Positions 1-12,184 of a DNA stretch of 46,576 nt are shown here, in pieces. Location of the stretch: the NCBI RefSeq assembly GCF_001194135.2, contig NC_068993.1:12764101-12810676 (forward strand). Reading direction: 5' to 3'. The notes under the pieces were generated by a model, which was given only the letters and a program-made list of their open reading frames with translations, had not been told where the DNA came from and did no database searches. Source of the DNA: Octopus bimaculoides. Lineage: Eukaryota. Each line of letters begins with the position of its first letter. Positions within the stretch are counted from its first letter, which is position 1. Made by a program: the position numbers and the translations under genes.

Positions 1-616
1 CACACACACACACACATACACATACTCACGCATAGATATATAAACATTACATGCATCATGCATGCGAGTACATATCTTTATACCCATATACATACATACA
101 CGTGTGAAATTTGGCTGGTGACCGCCGCTGCTGCCATCTGCAGGTTGTTTTTAGTTTCAGAGGCAAAGAGAAATAGGTTTTGCGTATATATGTAATCACT
201 TACAGTCGCAAGCGACATTGAAATTTTAGTAAGAATGTCATAAAAAAAAAAAAAAAGACTTGCTTCTCTCTATTTGTGCTATTTTTTATATACATTAGAG
301 TGGATAGTTATTATTCTTAAAGATATTTATTCCAATATTACTTCGTATTTTTATGGGTTTCTTTTTTTAGTGTCGAAGCGTTATATGTGACTGTGATGTT
401 GTACGTTAATTTCTGGTGTCATTTTGTTACTTTGAACAGTTTTTAATGGTCCAATTCGCATTAGTTTATCTATGCATCACTTTGGTTATTTGATTTTCCT
501 TCGTAACAAATGTAGTTCAGCGTATGTTTCATTCCTGATATCCTGTACTTCTACCAGAAGCATTGTAGCATTGTATACTGCAATGTACTTGACACTCATG
601 CTATACTTTTAATCGG

Positions 617-669
<53 letters not shown>

Positions 670-750
670 TGTGTGTGTGTGTGTCTGTCTGTCTGTGTGT
701 GTGTGTGTGTGTGCGTGCGTGCGTGTGTACGTGTGTGTATATATATATAT
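617..750. repeat. (TG)n/(TA)n compound microsatellite
   Basis: Direct dinucleotide runs; source of the VCVC/HTHT ORFs. Confidence 0.95.
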
Positions 751-1196
751 TCTCTTTTCAAAAAAAAATATTTCTCCCACCGTTCACAATTTTCCTCTCG
801 TACTGGTCTCACGACCCTCCATGTTTGTTTTCGTTCAGTTGGATGAATTTGGATATGGTTAGATCTGAAGAGGGCTGAGTTCCAACAGTTTTAAATGTCC
901 AAGGGGGTGGGCATTTGACATCAGTAGAGGAGCCAGTGTGATAGGCAGTCCATCACAGGCGGCACATTTACGGGGACGGCATTTATTTTCTTGCTATATA
1001 AACTTGTATTGGTCAAGTTGCAGGAGAGGGAGCAGACACAAGGACTTCTCCAGGGGGCACATACATTAGCTAAGCAATTGTATGACAGAACGGCGGTCCC
1101 TGTACATCCATCGGGATTTGAAGGGTCAAAGTATGATAAAATGATCACATTCACCTTACCTGTCATCTTACCTAGAGCGTTGGCAGGTAGATCAGT

Positions 1197-1217
1197 AAAC
1201 AGACAGACAGACAGACT

Positions 1218-1257
<40 letters not shown>

Positions 1258-1285
1258 TATAGATAGATAGATAGGTAGATAGATA
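1197..1285. repeat. (GACA)n/(GATA)n microsatellite
   Basis: Direct tetranucleotide runs; the run resumes at 1524-1645 after the SINE, so the SINE sits inside the tract. Confidence 0.95.
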
Positions 1286-1289
1286 TTAT

Positions 1290-1523
1290 GGTGGCGAGCT
1301 GGCAGAAACGTTAGCACAACAGGTGAAATGCTTAGTGGTATTTAGTCTGCCGCTACGTTCTCAGTTCAAATTCCGCCGAGGTCGCCTTTGCCTTTCATCC
1401 TTTCGGGGTCGATAAATTAAATACCAGTTGCGCACTGGGGTCGATGTGATCAACTTAATCCCTTTGTCTGTCCTTGTTTGTCCCCTCTATGTTTAGCCCC
1501 TTGTAGGCAATAAAGAAATAAGA
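1290..1523 (+). mobile_element. SINE family A, full length, long tail type 1
   Basis: Head ggtggcgagctggcagaaacgttagc, B-box-like gttcaaattcc, body gaggtcg..tttgcctttcatcctttcggggtcgat, tail aatccctttgtctgtcc...aataaagaaataaga. Near-identical layout at 16357-16590. Confidence 0.9.
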
Positions 1524-1600
1524 TAGGTAGATAGATGGGAGGATGGATGGATAGATAGATAGATAGATAGATAGAGAGATATATAGATAGATAGACAGAC

Positions 1601-1646
<46 letters not shown>

Positions 1647-2156
1647 CGCAAACAAGAGGCACACACTCACGCGTACATAGCGGCACTCAAACACAACACA
1701 CGCACATTCTCTATCGAACCAGTGATGTAATATTGCATGTAGACGAACACACAGACACAAAAACATACCCATACATAATCACACGCAAACACCCTGCCAC
1801 TTGCAAGTGAACGTGTTAGCATGCACGCTGTTACATCATCGGATATCTGGCCGTTGTATTACACTCACTCATGCACACACGCATTTGTATATGTGTGATT
1901 AGATAGATAGATAGATAGATACATAGATAGATATACTTGTCGAGATACAAACGGATAGGCATGTTCATCCAAGCCTGCTTACTCAGGTACATGCTCAAGA
2001 GATCACAGTACACCCTGTTCATACATGCGCACAGAAAGTTATATTAATTATATACATCTATTTCTAAATATATTTCCCTACAAAACGCAAACTTACGCGC
2101 GCACACAAACACGTACACATAAATACATTCATATATATATATATATATATATATAT

Positions 2157-2654
2157 NNNNNNNNNNNNNNNNNNNNNNNNNNNNNNNNNNNNNNNNNNNN
2201 NNNNNNNNNNNNNNNNNNNNNNNNNNNNNNNNNNNNNNNNNNNNNNNNNNNNNNNNNNNNNNNNNNNNNNNNNNNNNNNNNNNNNNNNNNNNNNNNNNNN
2301 NNNNNNNNNNNNNNNNNNNNNNNNNNNNNNNNNNNNNNNNNNNNNNNNNNNNNNNNNNNNNNNNNNNNNNNNNNNNNNNNNNNNNNNNNNNNNNNNNNNN
2401 NNNNNNNNNNNNNNNNNNNNNNNNNNNNNNNNNNNNNNNNNNNNNNNNNNNNNNNNNNNNNNNNNNNNNNNNNNNNNNNNNNNNNNNNNNNNNNNNNNNN
2501 NNNNNNNNNNNNNNNNNNNNNNNNNNNNNNNNNNNNNNNNNNNNNNNNNNNNNNNNNNNNNNNNNNNNNNNNNNNNNNNNNNNNNNNNNNNNNNNNNNNN
2601 NNNNNNNNNNNNNNNNNNNNNNNNNNNNNNNNNNNNNNNNNNNNNNNNNNNNNN
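2157..2654. other. Assembly gap (N run) between (TA)n and (CA)n
   Basis: N run. Other gaps: 9611-9973, 12458-12467, 23092-23151, 28575-28764, 31245-31893, 38700-38770, 41069-41525, 43180-43189. Confidence 0.98.
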
Positions 2655-2711
<57 letters not shown>

Positions 2712-2859
2712 CATACATACATATATATATACGACAGACTTTCGGATAGATAAAACAATTACCAGTTGATCACTGACTTCAATGTAAGAGACAAACCCTT
2801 TCCTTAAATTTGCTAGCATGGTGCCGATATTTGAAGATATTATGAAGCTTGTGTGAGCA

Positions 2860-3130
2860 AGAGAAACACCCGTATATTAGATTCTATAGTATTCAGTGTT
2901 GTTCTTTCGAATTCTGATGTTCAGATCCAACTAGGGTTTTAATTTGGCTATCAGTAATATGATAGACGTTGACGATGGTACATTGGTAGATAGGTTAGAG
3001 CGCCGAACAAAATATTCCTCGGTATACCTTTATCATTCTTGATACGCTTAGTTCAAGGAGACTTTGTTTTTATATTTCTGGATTCGATAAAATCAAGTAA
3101 CAGTGGAATACTGGGTGTTTATATAATCGG
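2860..3130 (-). mobile_element. Possible degenerate RTE-clade LINE ORF2 C-terminal relic
   Basis: Minus translation around 2997-3052 reads KRIKNDKGIPRNILFGAL...HRQRLSYY, resembling the RTE C-terminal RMxDxRIPKxxLFGEL..GRxRxRY pattern (from memory). Many stops. Confidence 0.4.
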
Positions 3131-3832
3131 TTATTGCCCTGCCATCAAGAAATCAATAACACTGATAATCTGTTGATATATATATATATATATATATATC
3201 GTTACCGAAATCTCAATAAATTCAGTCAATTAATCTGCATTGATGCGTGGATTAATAACTGTAATATTAGTGTTCAATGAAATTAAACTGGTAACCCGTT
3301 AATAGGTACCTATGGTCACCGAAGTCTAAATCTATGGAGGCAATTTATCTGCATTAGTTTAAGAGCTAATAAATCTAATGTTAGTGTCTATTGAAATTAA
3401 ATATAACAATTTCATTCTAGCCCTGCTAGCTTCCGCGCAAATTATTAAATGTTTTGTCTGCCGATTCTTATATGGGAACAAGAACTCACGGCTTAGTATA
3501 AAACGTCATTGTTAAGATCAAATTACGTCGAAACTGTGTCTGGCCATCCATCAGTGATTTGGGCAAAACCATATGTTTCTTTTAAACGTTTCTAACATTT
3601 TCTCGACCTTGGATAGGTAAGCAAGTTACAATTTAAAAAATCTAAAAATCAAATCAATTGACTGTAACTGACCCTCTTTCAACATCTGATCTTACCAATC
3701 TTTTAAACAAATTTCTCCGTAAGAATAATATCCGAGCTAGAACCATTCCACGTTTGTATATATATTATAAATGTTATATACACTTATATTAGCCTTCTAA
3801 AAAAACAAAATGTATTTTGATGAAATCACGAT

Positions 3833-3962
3833 GAGGCATGACTTTCTGGCAAGAAGCTTACTTCCCAACCACATGGTTCCGGCTTCAGTCCCACCGCATG
3901 GCACTTTGGGCAAGTGTCTTCTACTATAGCATCGAGTCGACGAAAGCTTTGTGAGTGGATTT
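3833..3962 (+). mobile_element. SINE family C (CORE-like) 5' fragment
   Basis: cttacttcccaaccacatggttccggcttcagtccc...ctttgggcaagtgtcttctactatagc matches the reverse complement of 21240-21360. Confidence 0.8.
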
Positions 3963-5848
3963 AATCTAATCATTTGAATTTTTTTATATAAAGGAAATAC
4001 TGGTTTTTAACAAAGAAGCATAACTCCATTGTTGGAATCAGGATTAAAAGGAAATGATAATGTGAGTTGCATTTGGAAATTTAGGATAACCTTACATATA
4101 TTTATTGTTCCGCTAACCAAGTGTACTTTTAAATTTCGTATTTACCAGTCATTTTTTCTTTTTTCTTTTTTTTTTTTTTTTTTTGAAAGGCTTCACTCCT
4201 TGTGATTGCAGCATAGACATGTAATAATATAAGCGTGTGCACCAATAGTTATCGGTATATATGTGAATTTATAATGCATATATGTATAAATATACGTATG
4301 CATTTAAGTATGCTTGCATGCAGATATTCGTTATGCATATAGGTATGAATGTATTTATGCATACCTGTGTGTATGTATGTATGCGTGTACGTATGTATTT
4401 GTGCGTGTATGTATGCATGTATTTGAGTGTATACGGTACACATAAATGTGAATGTTTTTGAGAGACCTTGACATGGCACGACGCTTAAAGTTTATTTTCA
4501 ATTCATATACCAACCTCTTGTCTAACACAATTTCGTTACACCTTCTCTAAACTTTTGCTACTTTGTTTTGTCAATAAGCAAATGTTATTTTTCCCATGAC
4601 AGATTGGAAACTAAGCTTTCTGAAGAGAGCAGTTGTAGCACGTAAAGTTAAATATCCGAGAATATTTGAAACTTTCAGTATATTTAACCTTGGAAATATG
4701 AATTAGAAATCCTTTTTTTTTTCTGGCATTATAGATTAGGGATTAGGGTTTTCGTTAACACCAGAACAGCTGAAAGTTGAAGTAAATCCTTTGAGCATTT
4801 GGTATTTCCCTTTAAAAGGTTTGGATTTAAATCTTGATTTTAACCCCAATGTTTTAACATGAATAATCACAGAATACAATTTTTTTTTTAACTCAAGGAA
4901 AAGAGGGTAAGGCATAACGTACACACATACAAACACACACACTCAGAGGCATGCATACTAAGACATACACACGCACAAGTACACACACGCGCTCACAGAC
5001 ACACACATGCACACACGCATATACGAATACATGTATATTAATGAAAGTAAGGTAGAATTGTACAGCTAAAACAAACAGAACAAAACGGACCAAATTTCTG
5101 AATCCTGTTGACAGAATCGGTTTTTAAAAAAAACCAGTGAACGGAAAATAAAGACGCCATATCGAGTTATATCCCTTTACGCCCTGCGTCCAAAACTGGA
5201 CATAGTCAACATTGCCTTCTTCTTTTGGGGCTGATAGAAGAAAGTAGCAATGAAATAATAAGATCAATTTGATCAACTAACCCCTCCCACTAGTATTTCT
5301 GTGCCTATGCTAGAAATTGTCATTTACAGTGAGCAAGATATTTTATATTAGCAGCATCTAGAGAGTACCGAACATAAAAAGCCTTCTTTAGTAAGTGACT
5401 TCTGACAAATAACAACCCAAAGCTCACTCATTTAAAAAATACTCTACCGTACTTGATAAGAACATATTAGTTAATGTAATCTTAGACAGGAGGAGAAAGT
5501 CACAGTTTGACATCGAAAATCTTTGATAAACAAAATCTGGAGGTTAGACAACAGCAACTTGTCTAACGGGCCTTCATATTCCTAGATCCTATCCCTCTGT
5601 AGTCATTTATACCGTTCATCTCGTCGTGTTTCGATGAAATGATTTAACCCGGTGGAGAAATAATTGAAAGGTTTGAGCATCGCGGAATATAACGTGTACT
5701 ACATGTTGCGGTGCCCTGCGATCTGAGTTTCAATGCAGTCGAAGAAAGCTTTACCTTTCATCCATCCAGTATCGATAAATTAATTACCACTCAAGTGTGG
5801 AAGTCAGTTCTTTTCTCTCACCCCGCCTCTCTCTCTCTCACTCTTTCC

Positions 5849-5880
<32 letters not shown>

Positions 5881-5934
5881 GTCTATCTATCTTCATCGAA
5901 CAAAAAAAGAGACACGGATTCGTGTTGTGTTTCA

Positions 5935-6070
5935 AATGAGCTGACAAAATCGTTAAAACTCTGGTCGAAATACTTAACAGTATTTCATACGTATTTACGT
6001 TCTGAGTTTCAATTCCGCCGAGGTCGACTTTCTTTTTCATCCTTTCGGGCTCGATGTAATCGACTTAACT
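5935..6070 (+). mobile_element. SINE family A, internally deleted
   Basis: tacgttctgagtttcaattccgccgaggtcgactt...catcctttcggg then tcgatgtaatcgact. Confidence 0.85.
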
Positions 6071-6147
6071 ACTCATACGTATGACCATAAAAAAATACTG
6101 CATCCCTCTGCCAAGGCATGTCGAGCCAGTGGGACAAAGTAGGGCCA

Positions 6148-6290
6148 GCAAAATGCTTAACGGCATTTCCTCCGATTTTACTTTCTGAGTTCTAATTCCA
6201 CCGAAGTCGACTTTGCTTTGCATCCAATAGGGAACGATAAAAATCAGACCAGCTTTGCACTGTAGTCGATGTAACCGACGTACACCCTTA
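6148..6290 (+). mobile_element. SINE family A, 5'-truncated, part of a local duplication
   Basis: Family A body; shares private variants with 8088-8232. Confidence 0.85.
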
Positions 6291-6350
6291 AAACTCCGCT
6301 ACCACGAACTGAACTTTCTGTCCTTAAAACTCCGCTATCTACACTGTTAC

Positions 6351-6431
6351 CAAGCCATTCCTTGTCGGAGAGAACATGCTGAGGTCTTCGTCTTGGCATA
6401 GACTGAACATGAGCGTCCCATTCCAATCCAT
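6351..6431 (-). CDS. Candidate 81-nt internal exon, product unknown
   Basis: Acceptor tatttatttacggtag| and donor TTG|gtaaca; all three frames open (e.g. DGLEWDAHVQSMPRRRPQHVLSDKEWL). The donor coincides with a duplication breakpoint, so it may be fortuitous. Confidence 0.2.
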
Positions 6432-6986
6432 CTACCGTAAATAAATATATTGGATACGCGAGATTTGTGTCGAAGAGAACTAAGGTGAAAGACTGGCTAA
6501 AATGTTGCGCATGCACGTACCGACATGAACCCTTACCGGTTTCTTCTTCTTCATAATTTTACCTTTCTTGACTATAAATAAATTATTAACTTAGCACGGA
6601 ACACGTTTTCTGTTTTCGTTCCTGTATTTTCTTAAAATTTTATTTTATTTTATTTTATTTCATCAAATCATATTCACAGAATAAAATGCAATACGAAAGG
6701 GAAAGAAAAAATTATCTTCCGTTGGAAATTGAAACCTGAACCTTATATTCAATGCTCTGCAATTGTGTCTCTGATACTATGTTGCTTGTCTCTTTATTCC
6801 TCTCAGAATAATGAGACAAACATATTGTTCATTGATTCGGAAATCTTTTGTAAGGAATTTCCTTTTCTCTTCGATACAACGAATGATAACAGACAATTAA
6901 AATTCCATTTCATTATGATACTATTATACTGGGATTGTGTTCACTCTCTCTCCCCATCTCTCTTCCCCATTTCTACAACTCTCTCT

Positions 6987-7058
<72 letters not shown>

Positions 7059-7489
7059 TTCCTTCTTTTTATCTCACTCAGCCTCACTATCGGAAGTAAG
7101 TATGTCGTTTTGACATGTTTCTTATTTTTATTTCATTTCATTATATTTATTTTTATTTATTTTATTTATCTCAATTTTGTTAATTTTCACACTTTCTGGG
7201 AAACACTTAAAACTCCGCTACCTACACTGTTACCAGCACCATTATTAACCAACACTAGCACCATCACAAAAGAAACAGCCACCAACGCCTTTACTTTCAC
7301 TTTCGTTTTCAGCACAACTGCCGTCGCTACAATCACCAATGTGCCAATTGTACCACGGAAACTATCTCAATTGCCTCTAGCACCAGTACTGAAACAAACA
7401 CCACTGCCATTACCATCTTACCATCGTCAACACCACTGGTCGATCAACCGTCATGCAACTCCACTTATATTGCTATCTCGACCACTACT

Positions 7490-7559
7490 TTCATCATCGT
7501 CATCATCAACATCACCATCATTACAAACACCATGATTATTGCCATCGTCGACAACATCA

Positions 7560-7638
<79 letters not shown>

Positions 7639-7900
7639 TCTCATCCTCATCATCATCATACTCACCATCAACATCACCACCGGGGATGTCACTCCCAACC
7701 ATCAGCACCACTGCTCATTCGACCATCATACTACATCACCACATCACCGATACTGTTATCTGGACTACTATCATCATCATCATTACCACCATCACCCTCA
7801 TTCCAGCCATCACGATCATAATCATTATCATCATATTTTATCATCATCATCATCATACTTACCATCAACATCATCACTTCTACCGTCAACAGCATCACCT
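7490..7900. repeat. (CAT)n/(CGT)n trinucleotide low-complexity tract
   Basis: Direct runs; source of the poly-S/H/D/I ORFs. Confidence 0.95.
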
Positions 7901-7915
7901 TCAATATCACCAGCA

Positions 7916-8038
7916 TTCAAATTCCACCGAAGTCGACTTTGCCTTCCATCCTTTCGAGTGCCATTTGAGTGCTGGGGTCGATGCAATCGACTATTCTACT
8001 TTCTTGAAATTGGTGGCCTTGTGCCAACATTTAAAACC
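7916..8038 (+). mobile_element. SINE family A 3' fragment, tail type 3
   Basis: ttcaaattccaccgaagtcgactttgcc...ggggtcgatgcaatcgact...ggccttgtgccaacatttaaaacc. Confidence 0.8.
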
Positions 8039-8055
8039 AATATTAAATACAGAAA

Positions 8056-8232
8056 GTGGCGCGCTGGCAGACTCGTTAGCGCACCGCGCAAAATGCTTAA
8101 CGGCATTTCCTCCGATTTTACTTTTTGAGTTCTAATTCCATTGAAGTCGACTTTGCTTTACATCCTTTCGGGAATGGTAAAAATCAGAACCAGCTTTGCA
8201 CTGTAGTCGATGTAACCGACGTACCCCCTTAA
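8056..8232 (+). mobile_element. SINE family A
   Basis: Head gtggcgcgctggcagactcgttagc plus family body. Confidence 0.85.
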
Positions 8233-8651
8233 AACTCCGCTACCACGAACTTTCTGTCCTTAAAACTTCGCTACCTACAATGTTACCAGCACCATTATTA
8301 GCCAACACTAGCACCATCACAAAAGAAATTGCTACCAACACCTTTACTTTCACTTTCATTTTCAGCACAACTACTGTCGCTAAATCACCAATGTGTTAAT
8401 TGTAACACGTAACTTTCGTAATAGCCATCATCACAAACTTTCGTGATAGTCTGCACCACGAACGTTCTGTTGTTATGCCAAAATTTGAAGCCAATATATA
8501 CGATTATATCTCTACGCGAATTGACAGAGAAACGAAGAAAGAATCGTTGAGGTAGTTCGTTGTTATAGGAATAATTCCGTAATATAATTTTCTAATTTTA
8601 AACAGAAAATCGCCGTTGCCCTTTATTCCGCGATTAAAGAAATAACCAATA

Positions 8652-8860
8652 CAAATTTTGGCACAAGGCCAGCAGTTTCGGGAGAAAGGTTAAATCATTT
8701 AGATCGACCCCAGTGATAAGCTAGTACTTATTTTATCGATCCCGAAAGGATGAAAAGCCAAGTCGATCTCAGTTGAATTTGAACTCAGGACTTAAAACGG
8801 ACAAAATGCTTAACAGCATTTTGTCCGATGTGCTGACCATCCTGCCACTTTACCGCCTTA
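8652..8860 (-). mobile_element. SINE family A, tail type 3
   Basis: Reverse complement: ttttggcacaaggccagcag...cgaaaggatgaaa...gaatttgaactcag...ccgcctta. Confidence 0.85.
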
Positions 8861-8990
8861 AAGTCTAATATAATACTGGTTTTAAATACATTGTTCTTAG
8901 TGAGCAATTGGTATTCCTGCCACTTTACCGCCTTAAAGTCTAATATAATACTGGTTTCAAATACATTGTTCTTAGTGAGCAATTGGTATT
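8841..8990. repeat. 75-bp tandem duplication (2 copies, 1 mismatch)
   Basis: cctgccactttaccgcc...agcaattggtatt at 8841-8915 and 8916-8990; only difference ttttaaat vs tttcaaat. Confidence 0.95.
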
Positions 8991-9123
8991 TATTTTATCG
9001 ACCCCGAAAGAATGAAAGGCAGAGTCGAACCCCGGCAGAATTTGAACTCAGGATGTAGAAACGGACAAAATGCCGTTAAGCGTTTTGTCCGGCGTGTTAA
9101 CGATTCTACTACCTTGTTGCCTT
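8983..9123 (-). mobile_element. SINE family A, 3'-truncated
   Basis: ttttatcgaccccgaaagaatgaaaggc...gaatttgaactcag...aacgattct. Confidence 0.85.
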
Positions 9124-9288
9124 AAAGTCTGATAGACTATTACGAAAGATTATATTCCCTCCCATGAGAATAAGCGTTTCTTTTCTAACGAGGCGTAAAA
9201 GCTTATATTACGTAAATGAGAGGAAGTAGATATGGATCTATGTCAATTGCTGATACAAGAAATAAAGATAATGATATACATGACAAAT

Positions 9289-9329
<41 letters not shown>

Positions 9330-9973
9330 AGGGGAGAGAGGGGAGATAGAAGAAAAGAGAGGAAAAGAGATATTAAGAAAGAAAGAAAATATATAAAAGG
9401 TATTATTTTGAATTCAACCCATGGTTTGGCTGTTTGTAATCACAAACATGTCAGCCGCGGACGAAACTTAGGGTAAAGGAGTGAATGTTTGATATACTAA
9501 GTATATCTGTCTGTTCTACCCAACGCTTTGAGTTCTTTGTAAGAGAGTGTTTGCACCACGCATGATATATCTCTATATAAATGTTAAGAAGTCATGCATA
9601 AAGGATATATNNNNNNNNNNNNNNNNNNNNNNNNNNNNNNNNNNNNNNNNNNNNNNNNNNNNNNNNNNNNNNNNNNNNNNNNNNNNNNNNNNNNNNNNNN
9701 NNNNNNNNNNNNNNNNNNNNNNNNNNNNNNNNNNNNNNNNNNNNNNNNNNNNNNNNNNNNNNNNNNNNNNNNNNNNNNNNNNNNNNNNNNNNNNNNNNNN
9801 NNNNNNNNNNNNNNNNNNNNNNNNNNNNNNNNNNNNNNNNNNNNNNNNNNNNNNNNNNNNNNNNNNNNNNNNNNNNNNNNNNNNNNNNNNNNNNNNNNNN
9901 NNNNNNNNNNNNNNNNNNNNNNNNNNNNNNNNNNNNNNNNNNNNNNNNNNNNNNNNNNNNNNNNNNNNNNNNN

Positions 9974-10011
<38 letters not shown>

Positions 10012-10015
10012 ATAC

Positions 10016-10295
10016 TGCGTGGCACCCTAGGCGATGGAAACTGAAAGAAGCTCGTCGTATGTATGTGCGTGTGCGCGCGAGTGCGCGCGCGAATGTGGGT
10101 CTTTGTATTTGCCTGTCTCCCCAACACCGCTTGACAATTTCTCCGTAACCTAGCAGTTCAGCCTAAGAGACCGAGAGAAGAAGTACCAAGCTTAGAGCAA
10201 TAAGTACTGGGGGCGATTCGTTCGACTAAAATTCTTCAAGATTGTGACCCAGCTTGGACGCAGTCTAATGATTGGAACAAATAAAAGGTAAAGAT
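10016..10295 (+). mobile_element. SINE family C, internally deleted, with composite tail
   Basis: ggaaactgaaagaagctcgtcgta, a GT/GC microsatellite, then ccccaacaccgcttgac...aataagtactggggg cgattcgttcgact...gcagtctaatgattggaacaaataaaag; parallels 20971-21260. Confidence 0.75.
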
Positions 10296-11195
10296 ATTTA
10301 TAAATATATATGCATAGGGTCTCGTAACATCACAAAATATGGTGATTGTTTGTAATGAAAATTATAAATTTATTCAAAAGCGGATTTTCAGCGTACGTTG
10401 TAATAGCCTGATTGATTTTAGCTAACGAGGTACCATCTATGCAGTCACTCGACATCCTGGAAACGGCAGCTAGATCATGCAAAAACTAATCGTACTGTCG
10501 GAAATAAAGGACATATAATATGCCAGATACATCTAATCAGAGATAAAGCAGGATGGTCTAAGGCGGAATTCATCTGATTATAGATCTGGTCGAACAAGAC
10601 TGAATATACCTTGGCCCAAAGAACTATAATAACAAAATCAACCTCTCACTGCATCATTTGATTTGATTTACCTTTTTTCTTGTTTTTTTTTTTGTTTTTT
10701 TTTTTAAAGTTCAGTTTAGTGAAATCATTAACAGTTTCCTCAAATGGAAGAAAGACGGAATTTGAAAGCCGACGATAAAGAAAAGGACAAGGAGAAGGCG
10801 TCTGTAAGATAGGAAAGGAAGTACAAAGAAGCAGAAAAAGGAACCCATAGAGAATGAGAGAGAGAGAGGAAGAGATAGAGAGAGATTGGGAAATAGTGAA
10901 AGAATGAGAGTAAGAAAAGGGAGATGGGGAGAGAGAGATAAGTAAAGTGCAAAGCAAGGTTAAATCGCAAGGAGTAGTAGGAGAGACATCGTTAATACAT
11001 AACAGCTAAGCAATAACACCAAACAGCTGTTGCCTTCACATAACATTTCAGCATGATGAATTGGTTAAGTCTTTTCGACATTAGAGCTGTAATAACGAGG
11101 TCGATTTCACTTGACAGTTTCCACATCATTTACTACTACTTGCTACTACTATTGCAACTAATACTATTAATAATAATGATAATAATAAAGCTACA

Positions 11196-11234
<39 letters not shown>

Positions 11235-11248
11235 TCTCTTTATCACAG

Positions 11249-11307
11249 GTTTTGCTGGAGTTCCTGGAGTCTTACATGCGTAGAGGGCTTGCTACCTGCA
11301 GCCTACG
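11249..11307 (+). CDS. Candidate 59-nt exon, product unknown
   Basis: Strong acceptor tttctctttatcacag|, weak donor ACG|gtacca. Two open frames (VLLEFLESYMRRGLATCSLR or FCWSSWSLTCVEGLLPAAY), each phase-compatible with 11676-11750. Confidence 0.3.
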
Positions 11308-11397
11308 GTACCATGCTATCCATTCTTTTCAGATATCTAACACTTCCTTGATTATTCTGGCCATTATTATTATTATTATTATTATCATCATTATTAA

Positions 11398-11600
11398 GGC
11401 GGTGAGCTGGCAGAATCGTTACAACGCCGGGCAATTTCGTCTGTCGCTACGTTCTGAGTTCAAATTCCGCTGAAGTCGACTTTGCCTTTCATTCTTTCGA
11501 GGTCGATAAAATTAAGTCCAAATTAAACCCTGAGGTCGATGTAATCGACTAGTCCCCTCCCCACAAATTTCAAGCGTTGCGCCTATAGTAGAAAGGATTA
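11398..11600 (+). mobile_element. SINE family A, tail type 2, within (ATT)n
   Basis: ggcggtgagctggcagaatcgtt...gtcgatgtaatcgactagtcccctcccc...cctatagtagaaaggatt. Confidence 0.9.
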
Positions 11601-11612
11601 TCATCATCATCA

Positions 11613-11647
<35 letters not shown>

Positions 11648-11675
11648 TCATGAGAGTTTCTTTCCTGCATTACAG

Positions 11676-11750
11676 GTTACTTCACCGTTTACCGTTTCAC
11701 CGGTTGCATCTCCCTGCTCCTGGTGCGAACATGCAACTTATTCTCAATAG
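11676..11750 (+). CDS. Candidate 75-nt exon, product unknown
   Basis: Acceptor tttctttcctgcattacag|, donor TAG|gtgtgc; symmetric length; open as (G)YFTVYRFTGCISLLLVRTCNLFSI or (R)LLHRLPFHRLHLPAPGANMQLILN. Confidence 0.3.
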   Translation, partial: VTSPFTVSPVASPCSWCEHATYSQ

Positions 11751-12184
11751 GTGTGCAACATTGTGTTTTTGTATGTTACATCTGCTTTGCTGTGTTGCCT
11801 CTGTGTGTGTGTGTGTGTGTGTAAGTTATTTCACTGCCTTGTCTAATAGGCTGTTGTGTAGAATATCTGTTCTGTTTAGTTGTATCACATCGTTGAACGT
11901 CAACTGTGTTTCGTATGCGATGTGTGAGGTACGTTTATTGCTTCAGTGTAGGGCTTGAATATATGCTGTGATGATGAATACGTGCTGTGATGTCTGTCTT
12001 TTATGATTTGATGACAGTTGTGTAGTATAAGCAATGTGTTGTTGTTGTTGTTGTTGTTATAGTGTGAGGGGTGCTTTGCATTACCGGGTTTCGATTGCGT
12101 AAAATAATGCTCATTGCATAGTGCTTGTATAGAGTGAGTTCGCGTTGTACGGTTTGTATTTTATTACAAGGTAGTTGTTCCTTC

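Noticed and set aside
4733-4748. Telomere-like ttaggg x2
   Set aside because: Two imperfect units only; expected by chance.
6729-8135. 268-aa and 198-aa ORFs
   Set aside because: Composed of (TATC)n, (TA)n, (CAT)n and SINE-derived sequence.
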